A stretch of DNA of 64,000 nt from a virus. Where the stretch lies: positions 1 to 64,000 of the IMG/VR virus record IMGVR_UViG_3300025141_013870. The stretch is one strand, 5' to 3'. Position 1 is the stretch's first letter. Each line of letters starts with the position of its first letter. The notes below the pieces were generated by a model. The model was not told where the DNA came from. It searched no databases and saw only the letters and a list, made by a program, of their open reading frames with translations. This document shows positions 41,301 through 50,473 of this stretch, in pieces. Made by a program: the position numbers and the translations under genes.

Positions 41301-41395
41301 AGGATGTTGAGGTTCAGCTAGGAGGAAAAGATATCGTAGACTATATAGTAGATAATTCACGGGGAAACAAGGGCCAGATCGCTCTAGTCACATAA
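38306..41395 (+). CDS. Tape measure protein
   Basis: 1029-aa Ala/Gly/Lys-rich helical protein after the chaperones; FMDFEGAADSVSKL..VFG; ATATGTA motif at 38279. Confidence 0.75.
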   Translation: MGKDDLKSQLEFTKQIKANIGAINLKLADQIKMQNLVNLSLKGQLDKAAEAGNITDEAMKKAGISATTASGAVGSVAGSLDATGVAADEAGAKTEGLAAKAINAADATMQAWDATGDFFNGLISKPVANELDTIQTLYGGLTGPGGPFASRNQLSKKLVDTTMGLNREMTDMDGKWAKLFGRDPRDSIGELSDVMGEFNTLVTGDQGVVDGLRIVNDLSADNVIAMKAYSKAAMLDITDVQNIMSREISRTGKAGTSMIEEVAVFSKKLAAATGDSAKQISQNMVKIIDDTDNFANVTVAQAARISVTLRQLSLSYEDLAGATGQFMDFEGAADSVSKLTSVFGIQMDAMDMMMAAQEDEDTLLIKMRDSFLNAGISARDLTKSQKAVIKEALNLTDIQSVERLLDPTKAISGMADLAAVTDEGVGSMEENMELLREDINDLDSAMRHTSKKMAAHIKESFLAPTQQSLIEFDVAMGGVGRTIKSAIPKSAAMSMKFFGKSLSEVAGIDEAKLKMLKENLGGIANLLKEAGIALKDSDLGKELGGLLEKTGMKKDMESITGGIQSSLGEMTTAFSKSVDNMIKALDKAGLLGESPSPIGRNIAGGIETPFTMAFESMKVTQLKHAKWTEKQIAVGMLDANKDKDYREKLVKKYYKKIQKEQTKSENVHKKAKEKLQKADAKLAGDADNKRLQEAAKVAKKKADITGNAMHDAQKAVQLFENRKATTDWKDASRSYEVAKAKIDAEQELTRGIIDQSKEQLKVKKKTDLQIIESAKAKAAAEKKDAQVAVKRRSAMLGRELKDRESFYGAEARKLGASGKTYDQLSEKDREFYRDKLNLGKNYQAELQKIMSGETFQEGQAEFKQKQKSVKILEGMKARALKGDFDADKLSEKQLKDLKEKHGLTKEMIKEATAKGSNITDIATTGASAKHASLISKEKEKTEEKGESKSSKAAARASRAQAKQLQALTEVTEHNGKLIEIVATEIDKLYTMLDKKQFTQDVEVQLGGKDIVDYIVDNSRGNKGQIALVT

Positions 41396-41408
41396 GAGGT
41401 ATATAAAA

Positions 41409-41651
41409 GTGGGATTGATTGACGATGTATTACAAGGTGAGCTATTTACTCACTACGCAGACCAGCTCACCGAGGAGGAAAGGGCTCTCGTGGAGGATAA
41501 TGTGAGAAAGATGTTGTCAACCGCTGAAGGTGTCTATTCTAATCTAAGGTCAGTCATGGCAGATGAGCAAGGAAGAAATGCCATATCTGACGCATTGGAA
41601 TATTTAATCTCTGAAGAGGGACAGAAGACGTGGCAACAAGACAAAAGCTAA
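41409..41651 (+). CDS. Small hypothetical tail-module protein
   Basis: GTG start with SD GAGG; acidic helical 80 aa. Confidence 0.5.
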   Translation: MGLIDDVLQGELFTHYADQLTEEERALVEDNVRKMLSTAEGVYSNLRSVMADEQGRNAISDALEYLISEEGQKTWQQDKS

Positions 41652-44600
41652 AGGACTTCCTTAGCGACCAGGGATATGTCACAACAGTTGATCGAATCGG
41701 TATAACAATCGACGCTGAGGATATGGGTCCAGCCGACCAATTCAACGAGGGAGACGATCTTGGTGTTGATCCCGCTACAGGGCAGGAGCTCTTAGGCCTA
41801 AATCCAGAGACGACTGGCGGTCTAATAGGAGACTTCCTTAAGTACATCGTAGACCTAACTGACAATGCATATAAGCTAAAAGGAGGAAACACGCTCGCAA
41901 TAAAGCTTGGAAAGGAACTTGAGGGAGCTGATCAACAAGGTGCAGAGGACGTATTCGTCAAGACGTCGGAGTCAGAGAGAAACACTCTCGGATCCGTGAT
42001 GGCCTCGTACTCAAATGGGTATTTCCCTCCCCAGGATCTTCAAAATATAATCAGCAAAGATAGCTCAAATCCCGAAGCAAGCGGAAAGCACACACAGGAG
42101 CTTCTGTCGAATATTGAGGGATCTACCAGTCTCCCAGGGACTGGTCGTACATATGGAGGAAATGCTGGGACAGATGGTCAGGGAGCACCGTTCGCTAAGC
42201 TTTCTGCACAAACAATGCTTATCAATAATAGCAGATTTTCTCCAGGACTATCTGACGGCGAGCAGGGAGCTGCATATGTTCCAGCATATGATTCAAATGT
42301 ATCTCAGTTTGAGTCTGGTGAAGATAAAAGGGGAACCACGACAGAGCAGAGCGGATATGGCGGATACGACAAAGATGCGCAGGCTGTAATTCTTGATGAT
42401 CTTAAGGATGTGGGAAAGTCTCTTCTCTTGAGATCTGCAAACTGGGACAAGGGAGAGGTCGCACAAGATCCTAGCACATTTACATATGATGATACATCAA
42501 ACATATACGAGGCTGGCGATTTCTCTGTGGGCAACAACCAGGCAAAAATCCGTCGCGGGCAGCTTAGAGCAAAAGAAGCGTATGGCGCACCCGATACAAC
42601 TCTTACTGGTGAGAACTACGTCACACTAGATCCAAGCGAGTCATCCAGGTCATTTGGATCCATGACGACAGATGGAGTAATGTTCAATAGCGAGACCAAT
42701 AAGACTATATTGATCGCCCAGGCTGCAGCAGCAATAGCGGCTATGATAACCATATGCAAGGAAACCTGGGATCTAATTGATACGGGTGTCAACTCAATGG
42801 TCAATCTTGAGAGAGGTCCGTATTTTAAAGGCCAGCCAACAGCAATTCCAAAGAAAGCAAAATTCGCTCTTCTTAGAAATATGGCTCTTGTGCCAACTAA
42901 AAATCCATACACAGACTGTGTTGATGTGGGATTTAAGGTGTTGTTTGACACAGGGATATCAAGCCCAGACGCAGATAAGTCTGCAAAATATCAGCAGGTG
43001 GTAGAAGCTCCGGGATTTTGGTTTGGCGTAGCTAGAAAGATTCTTAGAGGGTTTGTCGGGCTGAGCTCTGGGGGTGATGAGCTGGCACAGACTTTTGTCT
43101 CAACAAGCACAGCATCGGGCGGAATGTCAACAATTCTTCACCAGCTTCAAAATAATGACATTATAAGGATCATGAATGTTGCAGCGATGATAGGGGATGT
43201 ATCAATAACGATTGGTGGAAAGATCGGTGTTCCATCTGGAGGTGATGAGATCGGACCCTGGAATATTGATAGGCTTCCTGACGGACCGGCAACAATCATA
43301 TCAAAGAGTAGAACACAAAAGGGAATGACATCCAGTGCTCTGGCGTGGAGAGGAAACTCAGTTCCAGCTCTATATATGATACCTCGAAATGTTATGATAG
43401 CGGCTATACAGATGGGAACGCTAGCTAACGGTTCGAATCCTCTAAAAGGAATGCTGGGGTCTACACTTGCTAAAAATACGTATATAGACGTTTCCGGTGA
43501 GGGTCCTGCAGCTAGAATTCCAGGAGACGTTGTTGAGAGATTCGAGAATCTATTGGATTCTGAGTACGTTCCATTTTACTTTCACGACTTGAGAACAAAT
43601 GAGATAGTGACATTCCACGCGTTCTTAGATAGTCTGTCTGATAGCTTTAACGCGGAATATACCGAGGCTTCAGGTTATGGAAGAATTGATTCTGTTAAGA
43701 TATACAGGGCGACGACTAGAAAGATAAGATTCACCTTTAACGTAGCTGCCACGTCAAAGGAAGATTTCAATGAGATGTGGTGGAAGATAAACAAGCTGAC
43801 AACTCTTGTCTATCCATCGTGGACAGAGGGAACAAAGCTATCAACAAATGAGGGGAAGTCCACATTCATTCAGCCCTTTAGTCAGGTACTTGGCGCGTCA
43901 CCTGTTATTCGACTGAGAATAGGTGACGTCATCAAGTCCAACTTTTCAAATTTCAATTTAGCGAGGATATTTGGAATAGGAAACTCCGGAATATGGCCGA
44001 CTATAGACGAGTATGGATTTACGGATATGCTCTCTCAGACGATGACAATGTTACAGTTTGAGTCTATATTTGCTCTCTTATACGGGTCTCCTATGGCGAC
44101 GCTTTTAGGAGGTGCTGATAGGGCTATACGTGCGGTTGGAGCTCAGCTTTTAAAGAATGGTTTCGCCAATCCTCTTGGCCTTTTAATTCTTATGCGTGAG
44201 CTCTCCGACCCTGACTCTGATATCAATCCCACACCCATGAGCATAACTGCAGCTGGTGCTCTAGGGGGAGTCTTCGGAGGAGAGGGGACAAATAACATTA
44301 GGGGATACACAGTTCTATCATTCCCATACCTTAAAGCAAGCATAAATGATGGCTACGTAATGGAGAAGGATGGAATAACAAAGTGGAGAATAACTAGACC
44401 AATTAGAGTTATGGTTCTTAAGAGGGATCAAGTCATACTTGTAGATGGTCCTGGAAGAGAGTCCTGGAAAAACTGGTCTTCACTACGTTCAGCCGGATCA
44501 TCAGTTCAAAAGACTCAGTACACTGTGATGATCATGGATTTCAATGCTCCGGCTAGCATATTCGGAAGAAAGTTTATTGTCGGTCACTCTGATCTCATGC

Positions 44601-45115
44601 CAAATCCAGATACACTATTCAACACATATGTTCTACCTGCTATATCACTAGCTGGTCTTTTAGATGCGCTAGTCCAGGGATTGGCTAACGAGGTTGCAAC
44701 AGTTACAGGTATCCCTGCAGACACACTTGATGTCTTTGTCTCAAAGCAGGCTGAGTTCATGCACCCTGACAATAACCCGTTAGCTAAGTCGTTTGAATCA
44801 ACAGCAGGTAGAGGGCTTGCCGGAGTGATAAGAGCCATAAACTATGAGTGGCTAGATGGCTCTAATGTCTGGGAAATAGATTGGAATTCTAGAGCTCCTA
44901 AATTTTTCAAGGTAAGCATTGATTTTGATCCAATTCACGACATTCCGCCAGGGCTCGACTACTCTGGATACAACAGAGCCCCGCTCTACAATGTTGGAGA
45001 TACTATGCAGAAGATAGCTGGAGATCCCTACCGCGATGAGGGTCGGGCATCTCACGATAGCTATAAGAATCAAGGCAGGCTGGCAGCACAGTCTAACAAC
45101 CCAGATGAGGATTAA
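41630..45115 (+). CDS. Baseplate hub/tail-tube initiator-like protein with large insertions
   Basis: YVPFYFHDLR....FHAFLDSLSDSF...Y....GYGRID.VKIY..TTRKIRFTF and PVIRLRIGD are tube-initiator-like; follows the TMP. Confidence 0.55.
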   Translation: MATRQKLKDFLSDQGYVTTVDRIGITIDAEDMGPADQFNEGDDLGVDPATGQELLGLNPETTGGLIGDFLKYIVDLTDNAYKLKGGNTLAIKLGKELEGADQQGAEDVFVKTSESERNTLGSVMASYSNGYFPPQDLQNIISKDSSNPEASGKHTQELLSNIEGSTSLPGTGRTYGGNAGTDGQGAPFAKLSAQTMLINNSRFSPGLSDGEQGAAYVPAYDSNVSQFESGEDKRGTTTEQSGYGGYDKDAQAVILDDLKDVGKSLLLRSANWDKGEVAQDPSTFTYDDTSNIYEAGDFSVGNNQAKIRRGQLRAKEAYGAPDTTLTGENYVTLDPSESSRSFGSMTTDGVMFNSETNKTILIAQAAAAIAAMITICKETWDLIDTGVNSMVNLERGPYFKGQPTAIPKKAKFALLRNMALVPTKNPYTDCVDVGFKVLFDTGISSPDADKSAKYQQVVEAPGFWFGVARKILRGFVGLSSGGDELAQTFVSTSTASGGMSTILHQLQNNDIIRIMNVAAMIGDVSITIGGKIGVPSGGDEIGPWNIDRLPDGPATIISKSRTQKGMTSSALAWRGNSVPALYMIPRNVMIAAIQMGTLANGSNPLKGMLGSTLAKNTYIDVSGEGPAARIPGDVVERFENLLDSEYVPFYFHDLRTNEIVTFHAFLDSLSDSFNAEYTEASGYGRIDSVKIYRATTRKIRFTFNVAATSKEDFNEMWWKINKLTTLVYPSWTEGTKLSTNEGKSTFIQPFSQVLGASPVIRLRIGDVIKSNFSNFNLARIFGIGNSGIWPTIDEYGFTDMLSQTMTMLQFESIFALLYGSPMATLLGGADRAIRAVGAQLLKNGFANPLGLLILMRELSDPDSDINPTPMSITAAGALGGVFGGEGTNNIRGYTVLSFPYLKASINDGYVMEKDGITKWRITRPIRVMVLKRDQVILVDGPGRESWKNWSSLRSAGSSVQKTQYTVMIMDFNAPASIFGRKFIVGHSDLMPNPDTLFNTYVLPAISLAGLLDALVQGLANEVATVTGIPADTLDVFVSKQAEFMHPDNNPLAKSFESTAGRGLAGVIRAINYEWLDGSNVWEIDWNSRAPKFFKVSIDFDPIHDIPPGLDYSGYNRAPLYNVGDTMQKIAGDPYRDEGRASHDSYKNQGRLAAQSNNPDED

Positions 45116-45130
45116 TGATAGGAGGTTTAT

Positions 45131-45427
45131 ATGGCACTAAGTAGATATGCATTTACGCCGAGGGTGAGCGGAAGAACGAGAATCGCTACATCTGCTGTGG
45201 GTGCTAGAATATATAACGCAGTCGCAAATGGAAATGTTTCATTCTCTTCGCACATCCTTAAGGGTGGAGAGAGAATTGAGCACATAGCTGGACAGGCATA
45301 TGGTTCTGCAAGCTATTGGTGGGTCATAGCAGCTGCATCTGGGATAGGATGGTCTCTACAGGCTCCTCCTGGCACAATTCTAAGAGTTCCAAAAAGACTT
45401 GGTGAAGTCTTGGCACTTATACGATAA
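45131..45427 (+). CDS. LysM/tail-X-like baseplate protein
   Basis: HILKGGERIEHIAGQAYGSASYWWVIAAASGI...GTILRVP; SD GGAGG. Confidence 0.75.
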   Translation: MALSRYAFTPRVSGRTRIATSAVGARIYNAVANGNVSFSSHILKGGERIEHIAGQAYGSASYWWVIAAASGIGWSLQAPPGTILRVPKRLGEVLALIR

Positions 45428-45449
45428 AACGTGATAATATAGGATAGAC

Positions 45450-48400
45450 ATGGCAGACGTACCAGTAAGCACCGTAGATCTAGAGATAGCAGCATCTAAC
45501 AATCTTGCTGCAGCGATGCGCTTGCTCAGACAATATTACACCATGACGGGAAGACGCGACCTAACAGAGACACCCGCAAATCTAGAGCTGTCAATTAGAC
45601 AGGGGCAGAGAGAGCCCGACCCTGCAGATGAGCCAGCAGGAGAGACAATAACTCCAGTTGTTCCAGCCGGGGTTGTCGAGGATTTAATGTTTCTTCTTAT
45701 GGACAATACTGAAGGTGCTTATTTCACTAGAGATCTCATACTCACACAGGAGATGCGTTCAAAATTTACGTCAGAACCGGGAAAGGAGAATTATGCGGGA
45801 GTTGAGAACTATGTCCAGATATTTTACGAGCCCGTTGTTGGTGACGCTCCAGTGGGAGACATGGATTTTTATAGAGATACGACAAATTCTACGACACCGG
45901 CACCACCCGTTGTAGATCCTGATAATCCTCCTCCTGCTCCATCAGGAGCGCCTCTAAGCATAAAGGAGATGGTTGCTCACGGAGAGACTGCAACAAAATT
46001 CAATGTCAATGAAGACCCTCTAGTGTCTGATCGGTATGTCCAACCAACACTCTCAGCGTTTGTGTTTCCTAATCACAGGCTATCCCCCTCCACCCGAGCT
46101 GCTGGTGCAGTGTCACTATTTGTTAATGCAATACCAAGCGTTGAGATGTCTAGATGTGTTCCTCACATAAAGGTCACATTTATCTCTGCTGTTCCGTATG
46201 GTGTGGGACAAAAACAGAGACAGATGGGAATCTTAAGATTTCTTGGAATGCATGGATCAGACGGAGAATACGATAAGATCAACATGAGAAATTCCAGACC
46301 AGAGAGAGCTGGAAAGACTGGAACCACACTAGAGGAATATGTGGATAGGGTGATGGATGCAATAATGCCAGGAGATGATATCATCACGCTGTCTGATCAG
46401 ATCACAGCTGCTGGAATGGAGCTCTTTGCATCTCCGCAGACTATGGTCAATGCCAATATAAACAATGAGGAAGGCGCATTCAGCGGAGCATCTGGAACCG
46501 TTCTTGATCCATTTCTACCGTTAATGACGCTAGAGAAACTAAGCATTAGAGTGGCAGGTCTTGGATCTGCATTGCACTCTAACAAGACAGGGAATCTTAG
46601 TTTTGTTCTTCACGATAGATCGAGAATGGCAGACATAGCACCCCTTCTAGCTGTTGATGCCTTCTCACAGACACACCTTGTTATCGAGTGGGGGTGGAAT
46701 CATCCAGACGGAATGGTTGCCACAGGCAATGCGTATGGATCACTGCTTAACTCAATGAAATCAGTAGGGGCATTTAACATAGTTGCATCTAATTTCACAA
46801 TAGGCAATGATGGACAGGTGAGAGTTGACATGCAGCTTGCATCAAGAGGGTCTAGTGAGATACAGGTGTTCCCAATAGCCACGGGTGCTCTCATGCCAAT
46901 CACTCCGTTTAAAAGCATGCTAACGTCTTACCTTGCAAAGAAGCTAGAGAAGATAAATGCTGAGGCGGCTGGAACGGGATCTTCTGAAGCTGAAAAGACA
47001 AAGCTAGCTGAGATAAGATCAAGCCTGACTCTCACAATGAACAATGCATCCTCACCATCAACAGTTATAGGAAGAGATAAATTTTTAAAATTTCTTAATA
47101 TTTTAAACCCTCCTCCTGATACAGAGATAGTTCCCACAGAGCTGACAGAGCTTCTCGCAGAGCTTGTGGGAGATCCCGGAAAGTCTGCGGGTTTGATATC
47201 CACTAGCAACCAGAGCCTAACTGCAGAGGTCAGCAAGAAGACGAGTGATATGATGCTCACTCTTGATCCATTCTACCCAGCTGTGATTAATAAGCACATA
47301 GGTGAATCTATGAAGAAGGGGACTGAGAAGGATTACATATCTCTTGGAAAAATCCTCATGACATTTGTTGGTGCACCTTTAGCTGGATCTTCTAGATTCG
47401 ATGAGGTTCAGATGATGTTTTATAGGTTTAATCTCAATTCTGGATCAGCTAGCAAGCTAGATTCAGTAGCTAGCTTTCTAGTAAGTAAGACTGACTTTGA
47501 TATTACCATGCAGGATCTAGCTGTTGAGAATCCATCTCTATCAATTCAGGGATTCATAAACACAATAAATCAGCTTATCATAAGTGTCCCGTCAGACGTA
47601 AATTATGGACTAACATCACTTTCAAATGAGCTATCTGCTTTAGATAAGAAATCTGCAGAAGAGAATAAAAATCCAACGGAGGTTGTAAAGACAGACCTTC
47701 AGCAGCAGACCCAAGAGCTGAACGATAAGGTTGAGGCACGGCTCAAGGCCATCTACATGGATGGCCCACCTGTAGAGCCAACGTTTAGATTGCCAAAGCT
47801 ATCAATGCTATTTGAGGCAGTTCCAGCATTTGTCCCTTCTGATCCGCCTGATGAAAAACCACAGTTTGAGATAGACAATAGCAAGGTAATACTAAGGGTT
47901 CACCTATTTGATCAGAATGCGTCTCCTCACACAAATGAGATGTTTCTCATAAATTGCATGAATGATAGCGACCTTGCTATTCACTTTAAGACAGCAAGTG
48001 ATACAACAACAGCTGAGGCTGTGACGGGAGAGGGAAATACAAAGGGCGGCGGCGAGTCAGGTGAGGTTGATACCCAAACAGAGGCTGGAAATCTCAATGC
48101 TCTTGAAGGTGACGACTATCTGGTATACACGTCAAATATTCCAAATACTGAGATAAAGAGGGTGATAAAAAATACTGTGCCAAGTCTGACATATGGAATG
48201 GGATGGTCAGCGTTAACAAATTTTAGCATGAGATCAACAACAGGAGGAGCAGTTGGTACAGCTATGCTTGTTAGCGCTGTGAAAAACAAACCTTCAAAAC
48301 CCGGAGAGTCAAAAGGAGCTACGAATAGTCTTGAAGATATTACAGTTATTCCTGCAAATGCTACCATGTCTCTTTTAGGCTGCCCTCTATTTGAGTACGG

Positions 48401-48614
48401 ACAGCAATTCTTTATAGACCTTGGAACTGGGACAACAGCTGATAATATGTATCGCGTTATAGGTATCGAGCACAGTCTATCTCAAGGTGAGTTCACCACA
48501 AATATAACGCTAGGGTTTAATGGAACGGGAACCATGAAGGTGTTTAGAAGCATAATAGCAGCAGCCATGCCCGCACTTGAGGCAGATGTCACTGAGGAAG
48601 AGTCAGAAACTTGA
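45450..48614 (+). CDS. Baseplate hub protein (gp27/VgrG/late-control-D-like role)
   Basis: IEWGW, and C-terminal ATMSLLGCPLFEYGQQFFIDLGTGT..DNMY.V.GIEHSL.QGEF.T; follows the LysM gene. Confidence 0.55.
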   Translation: MADVPVSTVDLEIAASNNLAAAMRLLRQYYTMTGRRDLTETPANLELSIRQGQREPDPADEPAGETITPVVPAGVVEDLMFLLMDNTEGAYFTRDLILTQEMRSKFTSEPGKENYAGVENYVQIFYEPVVGDAPVGDMDFYRDTTNSTTPAPPVVDPDNPPPAPSGAPLSIKEMVAHGETATKFNVNEDPLVSDRYVQPTLSAFVFPNHRLSPSTRAAGAVSLFVNAIPSVEMSRCVPHIKVTFISAVPYGVGQKQRQMGILRFLGMHGSDGEYDKINMRNSRPERAGKTGTTLEEYVDRVMDAIMPGDDIITLSDQITAAGMELFASPQTMVNANINNEEGAFSGASGTVLDPFLPLMTLEKLSIRVAGLGSALHSNKTGNLSFVLHDRSRMADIAPLLAVDAFSQTHLVIEWGWNHPDGMVATGNAYGSLLNSMKSVGAFNIVASNFTIGNDGQVRVDMQLASRGSSEIQVFPIATGALMPITPFKSMLTSYLAKKLEKINAEAAGTGSSEAEKTKLAEIRSSLTLTMNNASSPSTVIGRDKFLKFLNILNPPPDTEIVPTELTELLAELVGDPGKSAGLISTSNQSLTAEVSKKTSDMMLTLDPFYPAVINKHIGESMKKGTEKDYISLGKILMTFVGAPLAGSSRFDEVQMMFYRFNLNSGSASKLDSVASFLVSKTDFDITMQDLAVENPSLSIQGFINTINQLIISVPSDVNYGLTSLSNELSALDKKSAEENKNPTEVVKTDLQQQTQELNDKVEARLKAIYMDGPPVEPTFRLPKLSMLFEAVPAFVPSDPPDEKPQFEIDNSKVILRVHLFDQNASPHTNEMFLINCMNDSDLAIHFKTASDTTTAEAVTGEGNTKGGGESGEVDTQTEAGNLNALEGDDYLVYTSNIPNTEIKRVIKNTVPSLTYGMGWSALTNFSMRSTTGGAVGTAMLVSAVKNKPSKPGESKGATNSLEDITVIPANATMSLLGCPLFEYGQQFFIDLGTGTTADNMYRVIGIEHSLSQGEFTTNITLGFNGTGTMKVFRSIIAAAMPALEADVTEEESET

Positions 48615-48618
48615 AAAG

Positions 48619-48647
48619 TGATACAATTGTCATTATGGCAATATACT
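48619..48647 (+). promoter_or_regulatory. Sigma70-like promoter (TGATAC-N17-TATACT), probably leaderless
   Basis: Strong -10 TATACT ends 6 nt before ATG 48654; weak -35. Confidence 0.4.
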
Positions 48648-48653
48648 TTCATT

Positions 48654-49844
48654 ATGCACATTGTAGTATCTAAAAATACACTTGGAACTGATGATAATCT
48701 TGTATATGATGGAAAAAACTTTCACTGGAGCAAGTCAGCTCCACTAGATTCATGGAAACTAGGGTTTGACGATGAGATTAAAGATATTTCAATTATTGCA
48801 TCTGCAATTGGTGAGTCACTTTTAACATTTGACTCGACACCCGGCGGCAAAGCTGCTCGGTTTGTGTATGGAGACGCAACAATACCGTGGGCGTATGTAT
48901 TGCCTCGAGATGTATTTCAAAAGCAGCTGATACGGCTTCTAGATCAGCTCTGGTTGATTCTTAATGATGAATCCAACGGTTACTATATGGATCAGTTTTT
49001 GATTAACAGAGAGGTTCTTATGTCACTTTCTCCTCCAAGGGTAGATCTAAGAAAAGCAAACAATATAATCAATCGTGATGATAGCCCAAAGGCCCTAGAG
49101 ATAGAAAGGTTTTTACCAATATCAGGAGAAATAGCGCCAAAGACGACGTATAGCCAGACTGGATCAGTGACAGGCAGATTAACTGTTAAATCTGGCCCAA
49201 ATATCCTTACACTTAAGAAGGAATATAGAAAAATATTAAAATCTAGATTCAAAGGCGGAAAGATAATTCAGATAGATATTTCATCTCTTGAGCCAAGGAT
49301 AGCGCTTGCTATCGCAGAAAAAGCAGCCCCTCTCGATATATACGACCATATAGGAAATACAGTTCTTGAGAAAAACCTTTCTAGAGATGAGGTAAAGATA
49401 GCTGTCTTTAACTGCATATATGGAGGATCTGAGTGGTCTCTTTCACAACGTCTCCCTAAATGTCTTGATGCCAAGTCAATCATGTCATCAATTATAAAAT
49501 ATTTTAAAATAGACAGCTTAAAGACAAAGCTAGAAAAAGAAGCAAACAGCAGCGGATTTATTGAAAACTTATACGGTAGACGAATTGATTCAAATAGTGC
49601 AGTTGTAAATCACTATCTACAATCCTCTGGAGTTGATGTATCTTTTAACGTTTTCTCACAATTAATTAAAAAAATTGCAGATAAAGATGTGGGATTTTAT
49701 CCCATTTATATCATTCATGATGCCATAGTTGCAGACATATCAAAAGACTCATACAGAGAAATCAAAGAGATCTGCTCAGAAGGCTTTAACATTGACAAAC
49801 TGGATTGTAAATTTCCAGTCAAAATTGAAATCATTAAGGAGTAA
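48654..49844 (+). CDS. Compact family A DNA polymerase (polymerase domain only)
   Basis: TGRLT..GPNILTL, motif A DISSLEPR, motif B RDEVKIAVFNCIYG, motif C IHDAIV. Start moved from 48618 to ATG 48654. Confidence 0.8.
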   Translation: MHIVVSKNTLGTDDNLVYDGKNFHWSKSAPLDSWKLGFDDEIKDISIIASAIGESLLTFDSTPGGKAARFVYGDATIPWAYVLPRDVFQKQLIRLLDQLWLILNDESNGYYMDQFLINREVLMSLSPPRVDLRKANNIINRDDSPKALEIERFLPISGEIAPKTTYSQTGSVTGRLTVKSGPNILTLKKEYRKILKSRFKGGKIIQIDISSLEPRIALAIAEKAAPLDIYDHIGNTVLEKNLSRDEVKIAVFNCIYGGSEWSLSQRLPKCLDAKSIMSSIIKYFKIDSLKTKLEKEANSSGFIENLYGRRIDSNSAVVNHYLQSSGVDVSFNVFSQLIKKIADKDVGFYPIYIIHDAIVADISKDSYREIKEICSEGFNIDKLDCKFPVKIEIIKE

Positions 49845-49846
49845 AA

Positions 49847-50428
49847 ATGTCAATATCTTTAGAAAAATTAGAAAAAAACTGGGAGACCTTTCAAAGTCTC
49901 ATAATAAAATCTTGTGGTGATTCGGGAGAGAAGCTTCTTAGTGAGCTTGGTGAAAGAATGATAATGTGTCCTTCATCTATGAAATTAGATCAGCACGGAG
50001 CATATCCCGGAGGAATGATCAAGCATGTTCTTGACGTGACAATGCAAATGAGAAATTTAAATGAGTCTGTTGGTCTATGCAAAGATCCTATGTCTATTCT
50101 TAAGGTAGGCCTTTTACATGATCTAGGGAAGGTAGGAGATGAAAGTTCTGACCTGTTTCTAGAGCAAGATTCAGAGTGGCATCGCGATAAACTGGGTCAG
50201 ATGTATAAGTACAACGAAAACCTTAGAAAGATGTCAATTTCTCATAGAACGCTATGTCTTCTTCAAAAATATGGCATACCTCTTTCACAAGACGAGTGGA
50301 TATCAATTCAGCTTTCGCAAGGGTCTCATTTTGAAGAAAATAGATTCTATGTAGGACATGAACCTTCACTTGGAATACTTTTACAGCAGTCTAAATCTCT
50401 AGTCATACACAAAGAAAAAAATCTATAA
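49847..50428 (+). CDS. HD-domain phosphohydrolase/nuclease (YhaM-like)
   Basis: HGAYPGGMIKHVLDV ... LLHDLGKVG. Confidence 0.8.
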   Translation: MSISLEKLEKNWETFQSLIIKSCGDSGEKLLSELGERMIMCPSSMKLDQHGAYPGGMIKHVLDVTMQMRNLNESVGLCKDPMSILKVGLLHDLGKVGDESSDLFLEQDSEWHRDKLGQMYKYNENLRKMSISHRTLCLLQKYGIPLSQDEWISIQLSQGSHFEENRFYVGHEPSLGILLQQSKSLVIHKEKNL

Positions 50429-50473
50429 TAAGCACCGGTATGTAATTACTTTGTTCACATAGTTATTACTAAC

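Noticed and set aside
27148-48614. Tailocin or extracellular contractile injection system (suggested by the multiple sheaths)
   Set aside because: Terminase, portal, prohead protease, MCP and a full replication set show a complete phage.
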